Part shown: positions 17,257-28,042 of the stretch, in pieces | Layout of the letters: each line of letters starts with the position of its first letter | How positions within the stretch are numbered: the first letter of the stretch is position 1 | Sequence record: NC_107013.1 | Direction: 5' to 3' (one strand) | DNA length: 41,265 nt | Origin: a phage | Position numbers and translations under genes: made by a program | The notes under the pieces: model-generated | Database searches by the model: none | What the model was told of the DNA's origin: nothing | The model's input: the letters and a program-made list of their open reading frames with translations, nothing else

Positions 17257-19522
17257 TACCGCTAGCTTGATAGTACGAGTATCTTCGACCGGCGTCGATA
17301 AAACCACATCACAACTGAACGGGCTTACCAAAGCCGCAGGTGCTGCCGCGGCTGCCATTGTCAGTCTGGAAACCGCCAAACAGGTGTTCAGTGCGCTGGT
17401 GGACTCTCAGCGCAACTTCGATAAGCTGAATTCCGGCCTCATCACAATGACCGGAAGCGCCGAGAACGCGGCTAAGGCTTTCAGCGTCCTGCAACAGTTC
17501 GCAAAAGAAACCCCGTATGGCCTCAATCAGGCGGTAGAGGGTTTCACTAAACTTGTAGCCCTCGGCCTGAATCCCAGCAAAGAGGCGTTAATCTCCTACG
17601 GCAACACCGCGGCGGCTATGGGTAAAGACCTTAATCAGATGATTGAGGCTGTGGCTGACGCCAGTACCTTTGAGTTTGAGCGGCTGAAAGAGTTCGGCAT
17701 TAAGTCTTCCCAACAGGCAGATACCGTTTCGTTCACGTTCCGCGGCGTAACGACTACCGTTAAGAAGAACTCCGAAGAGATTCAGAAATACCTGCTAAAC
17801 ATCGGCAACACTGATTTCGCCGGAGCTATGGAGACGCGTTCGAAGACCTTAGATGGCCAGTTGTCGAGCCTCGCCGACTCCTTCGATGGTCTTGTTCTTG
17901 CGGTAGCGCAATCCGGTTTTGGTGACGCCGTAGGTGAGCAAGCCGCGAAGGCAGAAGACGCTATTTCGGCACTCACCGACGCCATTGCGTCTAATGAGAT
18001 AGCCGCCACGCTCCAGGATTGGGTGACACTGTTCAATGAGTCGTTCAAGTTTATTTCTGATGCCCTGAATGACCTGGCATACGACACCGAGGACAAATCC
18101 GTTGATATGTCAGACTCGCTGGGGGCTATACCTGATGCTATCCGTGAGTGGTTGCCTGACATTCAGCAGACGTTCCACGAGGTTATTGCGTGGTTCCAGC
18201 GCATTGACGATTACGCTGTAGCGTTAGGTCAGACCCTTGCTGATGTGTTTGACCCGAGCAAAACGGCAGCGCTCACATTTAAAAACCTGACCGCAGAGGC
18301 TGACGCCGCATACGCCGCCAGCATAAAACGCGCAGCGGCGGAATCCCAGGCCATTACCGACAGGTCTAAGCAGCGTAAGAAAGAAATTGAGGAACAGCGC
18401 AAGCAGTATGACGAGCGCAAGAAGCAAGAAATTGACTTAGCCAGCCTTGTTAATAAAAAGGGCGGAACTGGCGGCACCGGAAACGCCGACGATAAAGCGG
18501 CAAAAGCCGCCGCTAAGAAGGCGGAGCAATTGCGCAATCAGGCGCAAGATTACCTCGACACTTTGGCCCGTCAGAACAACGACGAGTTAAAGGCTATTGA
18601 CGCCCAGGAACAGCAGAAACTGGCTAAAGCAAAAGAGTTTTACAGCCAGGGCGCGTTGTCTCTGAAAGAATACGAGCAAGCAAAAACGGCTATTGTCCTT
18701 GAAGCAGGGCAAAAACGGCAAGATGAACTGGATAAACGTCAGAAAGAAGCCCAGGAAAAGCAGCAGAAAGGCGACGACTTCATGACTCAAATTATGGGCC
18801 AGAATGCCACTGAGCTTGAGCTTCTCGATATCCAGGAACAGCAGAAACTGGCGGTAGCTGATAAGTACCGCGAGCAGGGTCTGATTAAAGAGGAACAGTA
18901 TCAAGCGGCACTTAACGCCATCAACGAGCAATACGCCACCAAGCGTGCTGAGGCAACGGCAACGGCCTTTGGTAACATGGCCTCAAATATCGGGTCCGCG
19001 TTGGGCGAGGCTTCTGGCGCGTATAAGGCATTCGCTATCGTACAGGCCACTATCGCCACGTACACCGCAGCTATTGAAGCGTATAAGTCAACGGCCGCTA
19101 TCCCTGTTGTTGGTCCGTTCCTGGCACCTGTAGCCGCTGCTGCTGCCGTTGGGGCGGGTATGGCGCAGATTTCCGCTATCAGGTCCGCCCGTGAACAAGG
19201 CGGTCAGTTATCTGCGGGGCAGGCTTCTACTATCGCCGAACGTGGTAAACCAGAAGTTATCATGCCCGCGGGCGCATCGCGTGTTCGCACTGCACAGCAG
19301 ATGAAAGAAATTATGGGGCAAAACGGCGGCGGTACCGGGCCGGCCAATATCAGCATTATAAATAACACCAGCGCACAAATTGGCAACACCAGCGTTGAAC
19401 AGGACGAAGAAGGCCGTTTGCGTATCATCATAGAGGAGCAAGTTGCTGCTTCGCTGCAGAATAGTAACAGCAAAATATCGAAAGCTAGGAAGGCTACAAG
19501 AAACGCACCAGGCTTTAAGTGA
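17249..19522 (+). CDS. Tail tape measure protein
   Basis: 757 aa, Ala/Gln/Lys-rich predicted helical protein with Gly-rich C-terminus, upstream of distal tail genes. Confidence 0.8.
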   Translation: MADTASLIVRVSSTGVDKTTSQLNGLTKAAGAAAAAIVSLETAKQVFSALVDSQRNFDKLNSGLITMTGSAENAAKAFSVLQQFAKETPYGLNQAVEGFTKLVALGLNPSKEALISYGNTAAAMGKDLNQMIEAVADASTFEFERLKEFGIKSSQQADTVSFTFRGVTTTVKKNSEEIQKYLLNIGNTDFAGAMETRSKTLDGQLSSLADSFDGLVLAVAQSGFGDAVGEQAAKAEDAISALTDAIASNEIAATLQDWVTLFNESFKFISDALNDLAYDTEDKSVDMSDSLGAIPDAIREWLPDIQQTFHEVIAWFQRIDDYAVALGQTLADVFDPSKTAALTFKNLTAEADAAYAASIKRAAAESQAITDRSKQRKKEIEEQRKQYDERKKQEIDLASLVNKKGGTGGTGNADDKAAKAAAKKAEQLRNQAQDYLDTLARQNNDELKAIDAQEQQKLAKAKEFYSQGALSLKEYEQAKTAIVLEAGQKRQDELDKRQKEAQEKQQKGDDFMTQIMGQNATELELLDIQEQQKLAVADKYREQGLIKEEQYQAALNAINEQYATKRAEATATAFGNMASNIGSALGEASGAYKAFAIVQATIATYTAAIEAYKSTAAIPVVGPFLAPVAAAAAVGAGMAQISAIRSAREQGGQLSAGQASTIAERGKPEVIMPAGASRVRTAQQMKEIMGQNGGGTGPANISIINNTSAQIGNTSVEQDEEGRLRIIIEEQVAASLQNSNSKISKARKATRNAPGFK

Positions 19523-19567
19523 TAATATGGGTGTTAGGTTAACATCCAATCTATCGAGGTTCAAATA

Positions 19568-20068
19568 ATGAGCGACTTATATTTCCCACGTAGCCTTAAG
19601 CCGGTGGTGTCAAAAGGCTACTCAATGACCAGACGTAACAACGTCTGGAGCGTCGATTTAGCTGGCGGAGGTGTACGTCAGGGGCGCGACACGTATTACG
19701 ACGTGTTCCCGATAAGCGTAACCCTGATTACATCGGCGCTAGGACGGCAGGCGTTTCTGTCGTTCCTTGAGAAAGTCGATGGCGGTGCGTCAAGTTTCTG
19801 GATGGCACATGACTTCGGCATGGGTATCGAGGATTACCAGGTAACAATCACGTCAACCATCGCTGAGTCCACCGAAGACGGGATTAACTGGACAATTACT
19901 TTCACGGCAACCGCTGAGAAATCGCCGTTCCAGGATCTTGAGAACCAGTGCCTGATTAACAATCTGCCGGATTTGTACGGTTGCTATGGTGACGGGCTGG
20001 GGTGTTTCCTTAAAGCCTACGGAACTGCACAATCAACGTTTCCACGAATTTGGGACCCGATGCAATGA
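19568..20068 (+). CDS. Minor tail protein (putative distal tail component)
   Basis: Position immediately after the tape measure. Confidence 0.5.
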   Translation: MSDLYFPRSLKPVVSKGYSMTRRNNVWSVDLAGGGVRQGRDTYYDVFPISVTLITSALGRQAFLSFLEKVDGGASSFWMAHDFGMGIEDYQVTITSTIAESTEDGINWTITFTATAEKSPFQDLENQCLINNLPDLYGCYGDGLGCFLKAYGTAQSTFPRIWDPMQ

Positions 20069-20580
20069 GCCAGGAATCAGTAGAAGCAGCCTATCGCCGT
20101 AAGCTGGCGTCTAACCCGGACGGCGAGATGGACTACGTAACGTTGCAAATCAGCCACCCGTTGCTGTCGAAGACGTACTATCTTGTGCGCGGGCTGCAGG
20201 AACTTACGGCGACACTGGAAACCGGCGAAACTATCACATTCGAACCAACCCCGATGGAAGCGTCGGGGGCTTCTAACAACAGTGATATGGACCAGACTAC
20301 CACGTTTACTCTACCGGATATTCTCAATCAACTGGATGATGAGATGGATAAAATCCCGATGAGTAACACCGAGTTGCCGAAATTCGTCTTCCGCCGTTAT
20401 GTCAGTACCGACCTGTCTTATCCGGCGGACGGCCCTGTCGTGTACGAGTTACAGGCTATCAACCAGGAGAAAGGCGAGTTCTCCGCAGATGTCGGTACAC
20501 CTATGCTGAACCAACGGAGCACTGGTATACTGATGACACCTAAAGAGATACCGTTATTGCGCGGCCTGTTGACCACATGA
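20065..20580 (+). CDS. Minor tail protein (putative)
   Basis: ATGA coupling; position. Confidence 0.45.
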   Translation: MSQESVEAAYRRKLASNPDGEMDYVTLQISHPLLSKTYYLVRGLQELTATLETGETITFEPTPMEASGASNNSDMDQTTTFTLPDILNQLDDEMDKIPMSNTELPKFVFRRYVSTDLSYPADGPVVYELQAINQEKGEFSADVGTPMLNQRSTGILMTPKEIPLLRGLLTT

Positions 20581-20942
20581 ATATTAACGACTACACGGGA
20601 ATACCTTACGACTTTCGCAAACGTAATTGCTGGCACCATGTGCGCATTGTCCGCGCGGATGCCGGGTTAGAAACCCCGGCGTTCGACGTTACAAGCCCAA
20701 CGGCAATTAACGACGCGTTTGACGAAGGCCACCGCAACACGAAGGGGCTTACGAAAATTGATAAGCCTGAAAACTTCTGTGCGGTGCTTATGGGGTATCG
20801 CCGAGGCGGTCGTATTGTGTGGCACGCGGGAGTTTACTTCGACGGGATGGTTAGCCATTGCGAACTTGCTTCACGTCAGGTACGGCTGGACAGGCTGGCG
20901 GACCTCAGAGACACGTACACGGAGATTGAATTTTGGCGATAA
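20577..20942 (+). CDS. Tail assembly protein with NlpC/P60-like Cys/His motifs
   Basis: Candidate catalytic Cys in NCWHHV and His in HAGVYFDG. Confidence 0.55.
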   Translation: MNINDYTGIPYDFRKRNCWHHVRIVRADAGLETPAFDVTSPTAINDAFDEGHRNTKGLTKIDKPENFCAVLMGYRRGGRIVWHAGVYFDGMVSHCELASRQVRLDRLADLRDTYTEIEFWR

Positions 20943-20998
20943 TTCTGCACTACACGCGAAACGCTGATGGCGCTTTCGGCCGTACAAAACACGTCGGG

Positions 20999-23488
20999 AT
21001 GCCGATGGAGTTTGTCGTTAGTCGTATCCCTGACGGCGTGCCGGTGCGCGTCTACCTCGGTGAGATTGGCGATGATACAGACGTAACGGACGACTTCGAC
21101 GCGCTTAAAGATGAAGACGCTGTGTACCACATTATTGAGGGTGCGGGTAGCGGGGCGCTCGGTGCGGTTAGTAAGGTGTTTGGTTTTATCCTTAAGCCAA
21201 TCGCCAAGTTGTTTGGCCTGAACACGGCCGCCAACGCCAACTACACGGCGACTAACAACCAGACAACATCACCAAATAACAGCCTCACAGACCGCTCAAA
21301 CAAGCCACGCCCTTACGAGCGCTCCTATGACATCTGCGGGACTGTGCAGACAATCCCTAATGACCTGATGCAGACGTATAAGGCGTTCAACTCCACTGGT
21401 GCTTTGCTGGAGTATTCGTACTATGACGCAGGGCGCGGACATCTGCATATTGAGGCTGATGGCGTCACAGAGGGCGACACCCTGATAAGCGACATCACAG
21501 GTTCATCTGTTGCCGTATATGCGCCGTATACGTCACCGAACAACACCGCATCTCCGCAACTACAAATCGGCGACGTCATTGACCAGAAACTCTATGTGAC
21601 ATACTCCAACGACGACGTTGACGGTATTGTGCTGAAAGCGCCAAACGACATCGGAGCTAACCCAAGCGCCGACGGCACAGCTAAACGTATTTCAAACACT
21701 GGCTACATCTATGATCCGTCAGGCGACTCTGCTTTTTCTGAGTTTCTTAGTGTTGGTGATGTCGCAGTGTTGAGCAATTTCGACGTTAAGGACGTCACTA
21801 ACCTGAACGGCTCGTTTGAAGTTTTATACGTCGACGACTTTGAGGTTCGGTTGTACGTCGGGGATATAGGTAACTGGGGCAACCTTAATAACGGAGAGAC
21901 TTACGCACTTACAGAGCGTTCGGATACGTTTATAGGCCCAAGCAACACCTATGACGTATCTCTTACGGACTGGTATTACATGGTGCGCGGAGAGGTTGAC
22001 CAGGTACTTGCTAACGTTGCCGGGCAGAACGGCCTCTACAAATACGACGGAGGCTATAACCGCACCAGTGTAACGGTGGAACTCCAGTACCAGATGATTG
22101 ATTCTCAGCGTAACCCGTTGAGCGATATTTACACGGTACAGGCCACAATTACAGGCAACAATACGGATTACGTCGGTACGTCTATCTACGGGCAATTGCC
22201 GACCGCGTCCCGTTTCCGCGCCCGTATGCGTCGTGTAACGAATTTTGATAAAGACTACGACGGAACGGTAAGCGACGAGATAACCTTTATCAACCTGTAT
22301 GGGCAGTCACTGGACACTACCTCACATTACGGCAACAGGACAACGGTGCATTGCGCCCGTAAACAGACGCCGCGTGCCGCCAGCATAGACAACCCGGAAC
22401 TGCGCATGATTGCAACCGAGATGTGTTACAAATACCTCGGCAATGGAGTATTCGATACAGTAATGACACCGAACACGCAAGCCGTACAATCTCTAATTCG
22501 ACTGGCGCGCGACCCCGCAGTAGGCAATCTGGAACTGACAACGGCAAACATGGACAAGTTACTTGCTGTGCAAGAAGAGATTGAGTCCTATTTCGGAAGT
22601 GAATTAGCGGGGCAGTTCTGCTACACGTTCGACGACTACGACACCACGATGCAGGACATCGTTCAGACTATAGCGGAAGCCGTGTTCTGTACTGCGTACC
22701 GTAAAGGCGCGGACATTATGCTGCGTTTCGACCGTCCGGTTGCTGGGCCCGAGATGGTGTTCACCCACCGCAGCAAAACTACTGGTACAGAGAAATGGAC
22801 GCGCACATTCAACGATTCTACGACCTACGATAGCCTGTCGTTCTCATACATCGACCCGGATACTAACGTACAGGAAACGATTTATATCCCGGAAGAACTC
22901 GGTGCAAATACGGAGGAATACGAATCGAAGGGCGTGCGCAACTACCGGCAGGCGTACTGGCTTGCGTGGCGTCGATATCAGCGCAATGCGTTAAGTAAAG
23001 TTGTCGTAGAGTTCGAAGCTACTGAAGAAGGTGCGCTCGCTACACCCGGCGGCGTAATCAGCGTGGTTAAAGGTTCACGTATTGCTCCGCAGGATGGTTA
23101 TGTTGTTGCCGTTAATGGGCTTATGCTGACGCTGTCGCAGCCTGTTACGTTTACCCCTGGCGATGACCACTCCATCATTCTTAAGAAGCGCGACGGCTCT
23201 GTGCAGAGTATCTCTGTTATCAAAGGAAGCCACGACCGCGAAGTGATTATGCTTTCTGCCCCAGAGGAAGCAATCTACACAGGGAATAGCGCACTAAAAA
23301 CTGAGTTTTCATTCGGCAACGAAGCAAGGCATAATGCTCAGAAGATAGTTGTTTCTTCAATCGACCCTGGCGACGACCGCACGGTCAAGATTACTGGCTA
23401 CAACTATGACGACGGATTCTACAAATACGACGGCGTCGCGCCATACGGCAGCGGTTTCTCCGACGGATTCAGCAATGGTTTTAATTAA
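20999..23488 (+). CDS. Tail tip / host-specificity protein (J-like central fibre); start ambiguous (TTG 20933 or ATG 20999)
   Basis: ~830-aa ORF after the K-like gene. Confidence 0.6.
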   Translation: MPMEFVVSRIPDGVPVRVYLGEIGDDTDVTDDFDALKDEDAVYHIIEGAGSGALGAVSKVFGFILKPIAKLFGLNTAANANYTATNNQTTSPNNSLTDRSNKPRPYERSYDICGTVQTIPNDLMQTYKAFNSTGALLEYSYYDAGRGHLHIEADGVTEGDTLISDITGSSVAVYAPYTSPNNTASPQLQIGDVIDQKLYVTYSNDDVDGIVLKAPNDIGANPSADGTAKRISNTGYIYDPSGDSAFSEFLSVGDVAVLSNFDVKDVTNLNGSFEVLYVDDFEVRLYVGDIGNWGNLNNGETYALTERSDTFIGPSNTYDVSLTDWYYMVRGEVDQVLANVAGQNGLYKYDGGYNRTSVTVELQYQMIDSQRNPLSDIYTVQATITGNNTDYVGTSIYGQLPTASRFRARMRRVTNFDKDYDGTVSDEITFINLYGQSLDTTSHYGNRTTVHCARKQTPRAASIDNPELRMIATEMCYKYLGNGVFDTVMTPNTQAVQSLIRLARDPAVGNLELTTANMDKLLAVQEEIESYFGSELAGQFCYTFDDYDTTMQDIVQTIAEAVFCTAYRKGADIMLRFDRPVAGPEMVFTHRSKTTGTEKWTRTFNDSTTYDSLSFSYIDPDTNVQETIYIPEELGANTEEYESKGVRNYRQAYWLAWRRYQRNALSKVVVEFEATEEGALATPGGVISVVKGSRIAPQDGYVVAVNGLMLTLSQPVTFTPGDDHSIILKKRDGSVQSISVIKGSHDREVIMLSAPEEAIYTGNSALKTEFSFGNEARHNAQKIVVSSIDPGDDRTVKITGYNYDDGFYKYDGVAPYGSGFSDGFSNGFN

Positions 23489-23500
23489 AGAGGACTCTAT

Positions 23501-26455
23501 ATGTCAAGCGGATGCGGTGACGTTTTAAGCCTGGCGGATTTACAAACCGCCAAGAAACATCAGATTTTCGAGGCCGAGGTTATCACTGGCAAATCCGGCG
23601 GTGTCGCCGGTGGTGCCGATATTGATTACGCGACAAATCAGGTTACTGGACAGACGCAGAAGACACTCCCCGCCGTGTTGCGTGACGCAGGTTTTAAACT
23701 GGCAGATTTTGATTTCACGTCAGGCGGTACACTATCCGCTAACGACCGAAACACCGCAGTTTTGTGGCCGTCGTCCTCTGGCGGTGACGGGGATTGGTAC
23801 TATTGGTTGGGTGCTCTACCAAAAATTATCCCAGCGTCATCTTCTCCGCAGTCCACCGGTGGCGTGGCAGATGGGGCGTGGCAGCCTGTCGGGTCGGTCA
23901 TACTGCGGCAGCAAATATCTGATGTAAACGGCGCAATTCTGTACCCAGATTTACATGTGGCGCGATGGAAGGACGAATACGACCCGCGCGCATGGGGCGC
24001 CGTGGGCGACGGCGTAACTGATGATACTCAATCTATTTTTAATGTATTAGCAGCTTCCCCCAACAATTGGATTATAGACGGCAGGGGTTTGACTTATAAA
24101 GTTTCCCAATTACCTGACATTAGTAAATTTAAGAATGCTGCATTCGTTTACGAGCGCGTAGCCGGGCAACCGCTTACTTATGTAGCTGATGGCTTCTTTA
24201 ACGGCTCACTAACTAAGGTGACGGATACCCCGTTCTACAACGCATGGACGCAGGATAAAACTTTCGTCTACGACCATGTTATTTACGCCCCGTTTATGGC
24301 GGGCGAACGACATGGTGTTCAAAACTTACATGTAGCTTGGGTTCGCTCTGGAGACGACGGGCAGACTTGGTCAATGCCTGAGTGGTTGACTCCAATCCAT
24401 GCTGACTATAATGCTAGTGTTTCTACGGACAGAGTTAACTACCACTGCATGAGCATGGGTACGTGCGGCAACCGATTATATGCAGTTATAGAAACCCGCT
24501 ACTTATCTAATATGCGGATGAAGAAGGCAGAACTTTGGTCACGCCCAATGCCGTATTTTAGACACCCAACCGGCGGAATAACTATTAGTTCTGGCTCCAC
24601 TACTGCTACCATTGTCATAGAAAATCATGGCCTAAAAGCAGGAGATGCGGTTAACTTCTCTAATACATCGGCAACTGGCGTATCGGGTAATATGACGGTT
24701 TCGTCTATAATTAACCGAAATACGTTCACTGTTACGCTCTCAAGACCGGCGAGTTCCACCATAAACAATGCGGGTGTTACCTGGAACTTCGCAACGCGAT
24801 TCTGGGACAGCCCGTGGGAAATTACCGAATTGCCTGGGGTAGCATACTCCACTAACGCTGATTTGTGTGTCACGGAGACACATAGTTTTGCGGTTATAGA
24901 TGATGTTAACTACACTATCGCTGTCGGCTATCACAACGGCGATGTGTCCCCTAGGCGTCTCGGTGTCTTGTATTTTAGTAACGTGTATGACAATCCTGGC
25001 GTATTCGTTCGTCGCACTGTCGCTCAGGCATACGCTGATAACGCTTCTGAGCCGTGCGTGAAAAGCTATGGTGGTGTGTTATACCTTACCACACGCGGCA
25101 CATTACCTACTTCCCCTGGCTCTACACTGGCGATGAGCACCGATTCTGGGCAAAACTGGAGCTACTTGCGATTTCCGAACAATGTACATCACTCCAATCT
25201 TCCGTTCGCTAAAGTAGGTGACTATCTCTACATCTTTGGTACAGAACGTGCCTTTGGTGAGTGGGAAGGTGGCGAGCAGGACAGCCGCTATGAAGGTTCG
25301 TATCCGAGGACCTTTATGTGCAAAGTTAATGTGTCGTCATGGCCTTCATCTTTAGATGATGTTCAGTGGTTTAATATTACCGACCAAATATACCAGGGTC
25401 ATATCGTTAACTCTGCTGTCGGCGTCGGCTCGGTCTGTGTTAAAGATGGCTGGTTGTACTATATCTTTGGTGGGGAAGACTTCTTCTCTCCCTGGAGCAT
25501 AGGGGATAACAGTGCGAAGTTATGGTACAAACATGATGGGCATCCGGCTGACTTATATAGCTACCGGATAAAGATTGAAGACCACCCGTACGTATCACGT
25601 GATTTCAAATACGGAGCAACTCCTAACCGTACAATACCTGTCGCCATGGGGGTAGATGGTGTACGCCATGTAGAAGCACCTTTAACGTTTGACAATGATG
25701 TAAGCGTGTACTCCCTGCATGTAACGGGGCTGGAATACGATGGTACACAACAGTCTGCCGTGCGCGCACGGTTTGATGGTGATTACGGGCTGATTTCAAA
25801 AACAGTCCCCACTAAAACCCCATCGAGTCAAAGACTGATAGTTAGCGGTGGTGATGGTGCATCCAGTTCCGATGGTGCGTTGCTGCAACTGTACGGGGCA
25901 AACCATGCAAAGCCTAACATGGCTATTATGTATGCGTCAGGAGGCTTCTACTCATACAACAATTTTCTTCCTTACTTAGACTCGCAAGTGTCTTTAGGTT
26001 CGGCAGGTAATAGGTGGACTACGGTGTACGCGACCACCGGTACGATAAACACGTCTGATGGTACACTTAAGACGAACAAAGAGGAAATTGAGGGACAACT
26101 CCTTACCGCATGGGAGGATATACATGTAATATCTTTTAAGTGGCTTGAAAGCCTAGCAATCAAGGGTGACACTGCAAGGATACACTTCGGTGTGATAGCC
26201 CAAGATGTGCGAGACATCTTGGTCAACCATGGGCTTATGGAGAAAGATTCTACCGATTGTAAATATGCTTTCTTGTGCTACGACTCAATTGAAGCTGCGT
26301 ATGATATTGATGAAGATGGCCAGACTGTACAAGTATCCCCTCCCGGCGGCAGATGGGGGGTTAGGGCGGACCAGATGTTCTTCATAGAGATTGCCTATCA
26401 GCGTAAGAAGATGCGCGAGTTCGAGAAGAGGCTGGCAGCACTAGAAGATAAATAA
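23501..26455 (+). CDS. Tailspike: endo-N-acetylneuraminidase (endosialidase)-like with C-terminal intramolecular chaperone (peptidase S74) domain
   Basis: Two Asp-box motifs (SGDDGQTW, STDSGQNW); many segments matching my recollection of K1F endosialidase; C-terminal TSDGTLKTNK and ARIHFGVIAQ typical of S74 domains. Confidence 0.8.
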   Translation: MSSGCGDVLSLADLQTAKKHQIFEAEVITGKSGGVAGGADIDYATNQVTGQTQKTLPAVLRDAGFKLADFDFTSGGTLSANDRNTAVLWPSSSGGDGDWYYWLGALPKIIPASSSPQSTGGVADGAWQPVGSVILRQQISDVNGAILYPDLHVARWKDEYDPRAWGAVGDGVTDDTQSIFNVLAASPNNWIIDGRGLTYKVSQLPDISKFKNAAFVYERVAGQPLTYVADGFFNGSLTKVTDTPFYNAWTQDKTFVYDHVIYAPFMAGERHGVQNLHVAWVRSGDDGQTWSMPEWLTPIHADYNASVSTDRVNYHCMSMGTCGNRLYAVIETRYLSNMRMKKAELWSRPMPYFRHPTGGITISSGSTTATIVIENHGLKAGDAVNFSNTSATGVSGNMTVSSIINRNTFTVTLSRPASSTINNAGVTWNFATRFWDSPWEITELPGVAYSTNADLCVTETHSFAVIDDVNYTIAVGYHNGDVSPRRLGVLYFSNVYDNPGVFVRRTVAQAYADNASEPCVKSYGGVLYLTTRGTLPTSPGSTLAMSTDSGQNWSYLRFPNNVHHSNLPFAKVGDYLYIFGTERAFGEWEGGEQDSRYEGSYPRTFMCKVNVSSWPSSLDDVQWFNITDQIYQGHIVNSAVGVGSVCVKDGWLYYIFGGEDFFSPWSIGDNSAKLWYKHDGHPADLYSYRIKIEDHPYVSRDFKYGATPNRTIPVAMGVDGVRHVEAPLTFDNDVSVYSLHVTGLEYDGTQQSAVRARFDGDYGLISKTVPTKTPSSQRLIVSGGDGASSSDGALLQLYGANHAKPNMAIMYASGGFYSYNNFLPYLDSQVSLGSAGNRWTTVYATTGTINTSDGTLKTNKEEIEGQLLTAWEDIHVISFKWLESLAIKGDTARIHFGVIAQDVRDILVNHGLMEKDSTDCKYAFLCYDSIEAAYDIDEDGQTVQVSPPGGRWGVRADQMFFIEIAYQRKKMREFEKRLAALEDK

Positions 26456-26458
26456 AAC

Positions 26459-26484
26459 TAAGGCCCCAAACGGGGCCTTTTCTC
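26459..26484. terminator. Bidirectional terminator at a convergent junction
   Basis: AGGCCCC-AAAC-GGGGCCT hairpin; same stem as 13888-13912 with complementary loop. Confidence 0.65.
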
Positions 26485-26621
26485 TACTCTTCTGATAGCT
26501 TCTCCAGTACAAACGCCAGTTGTGCATTAGCGGCATCCCTCTGTTGTCGTAGTCGTAGAACCTCCTCTTCGAGTTCCTTGATACGTTTTTGCAATGCGGG
26601 AATCGGGGCTATGATGTTCAT
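26484..26621 (-). CDS. Hypothetical small predicted-helical protein (45 aa)
   Basis: ATGA coupling to the helicase stop; below the ORF-track cut-off. Confidence 0.3.
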   Translation of the reverse strand: MNIIAPIPALQKRIKELEEEVLRLRQQRDAANAQLAFVLEKLSEE

Positions 26622-28042
26622 TTCTTACCTCTTCTCTTCATATAATTAAGCAATTCTTCCTGGACCGATTTCTTCTCGTCTGTACGCGCGGCAACAACCT
26701 CGTCAAGAGTGTCTTTAGCGACTATGTGATAAAGGAACACCGGGCGCTCGTGGCCAGCCTGTTTCTGGCGGACCGGGCCTATACGCTCGACAACCTGCAA
26801 ATAGTGCTCAAGATTCCAGCCTTGCGAAATAAACGCCAGATGATGTCCGCCGTCCTGTAAATTCAAACCATGGCCGGCTGACGCGGGGTGCACGCATAGG
26901 ATTTCGATTTCGCCACGGTTCCACGCTTCCATCTGCTTATTGCCCTTCGCGCCTTTTGCAAAAGCCTGCGCCTGCGGGAAGCGCTTGAGGATGCGCTCCA
27001 GTTCGTGCTTGAACTGATAGGCGACTAGTAACGGCGCACCCTGCAACTCCTCGGCAATGGACTCCAGCGCGTCCAGTTTCGTGTCGTGTACTTTCTCCCA
27101 GTCTTTGGTTGCTTCGCCGTCTGGCCCCGATACATATACGGCACCGGACGCAATTTGCAAGCACTTCGACGTCTTCGCCGCAGCGTTAGCAGCTTCCACT
27201 TCCCCGCTCTCAAGTTCCGCGAATAACTTCTCCTCCATATCGATGTACGCCTGACGTGCTTTCTTCGGCAGGTCGATTTCAACCGTAACAATAATCGGCG
27301 CTTCACACCCGAACCACTCAGCGGCGTCAATAGTGAGGCTGATGTCCTTCATCTTCTGGTGAATTTCATTATCCGCGCCAGGACGGGCGTGGTATTCGCG
27401 CGCCATCGCCGACTTTCCTTTCTGTACCGAGTTAAACCAGCGGTCGGTGAATGCCGTGTACGACGACCCCAGGCGCTCACCCGCGTCGATAAACCAGTTC
27501 TGACCCCACAAGTCTTTGAGGCCGTTTGGCGAGGGCGTGCCGGTAAGGTTTATAAAACGCTTAACCTTTCCAAACGCCACCTTACTGAGCGCCTTTGCCC
27601 GCTTGCTACCACCCGAACGGCTGCGGAATGATTTCAGCTTCGTGCTCTCATCGGCAACGATAACCGTAAAAGGCCAGTCATCTTTGCCGTAGTAGTCGAT
27701 CAGCCACTCGATAACTTCGTAGTTCGTGCACACCACGTTAGCATCTGACTCCAGCGCCGCGATGCGGCGCTTCTCTGAACCTGTCGCGTCTACGACACGC
27801 AGACATGGGAAATTCCATTTCTCTTGCTCTGCCGGCCATGTGCCGGACGCAACACGTAAAGGAGCCAGAATTAACACCCGGTCGCCATCATTAAGTTGGC
27901 CGTTGCGGAACAGTCGGTTTAAGACCCACAGTACGCTGCCAGTCTTCCCGGCACCCATACTCGCCCAAATATTACAGCGATGGTGTTGCAACATGAACGA
28001 GGTCATGAGCTTCTGGTACTCGCGCCTTTGAAACTTACTCAT
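26618..28042 (-). CDS. SNF2/DEAD-like superfamily 2 helicase
   Basis: Walker A SMGAGKTGS; DExx box VIVADEST; helicase C-terminal motifs. Confidence 0.8.
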   Translation of the reverse strand: MSKFQRREYQKLMTSFMLQHHRCNIWASMGAGKTGSVLWVLNRLFRNGQLNDGDRVLILAPLRVASGTWPAEQEKWNFPCLRVVDATGSEKRRIAALESDANVVCTNYEVIEWLIDYYGKDDWPFTVIVADESTKLKSFRSRSGGSKRAKALSKVAFGKVKRFINLTGTPSPNGLKDLWGQNWFIDAGERLGSSYTAFTDRWFNSVQKGKSAMAREYHARPGADNEIHQKMKDISLTIDAAEWFGCEAPIIVTVEIDLPKKARQAYIDMEEKLFAELESGEVEAANAAAKTSKCLQIASGAVYVSGPDGEATKDWEKVHDTKLDALESIAEELQGAPLLVAYQFKHELERILKRFPQAQAFAKGAKGNKQMEAWNRGEIEILCVHPASAGHGLNLQDGGHHLAFISQGWNLEHYLQVVERIGPVRQKQAGHERPVFLYHIVAKDTLDEVVAARTDEKKSVQEELLNYMKRRGKK

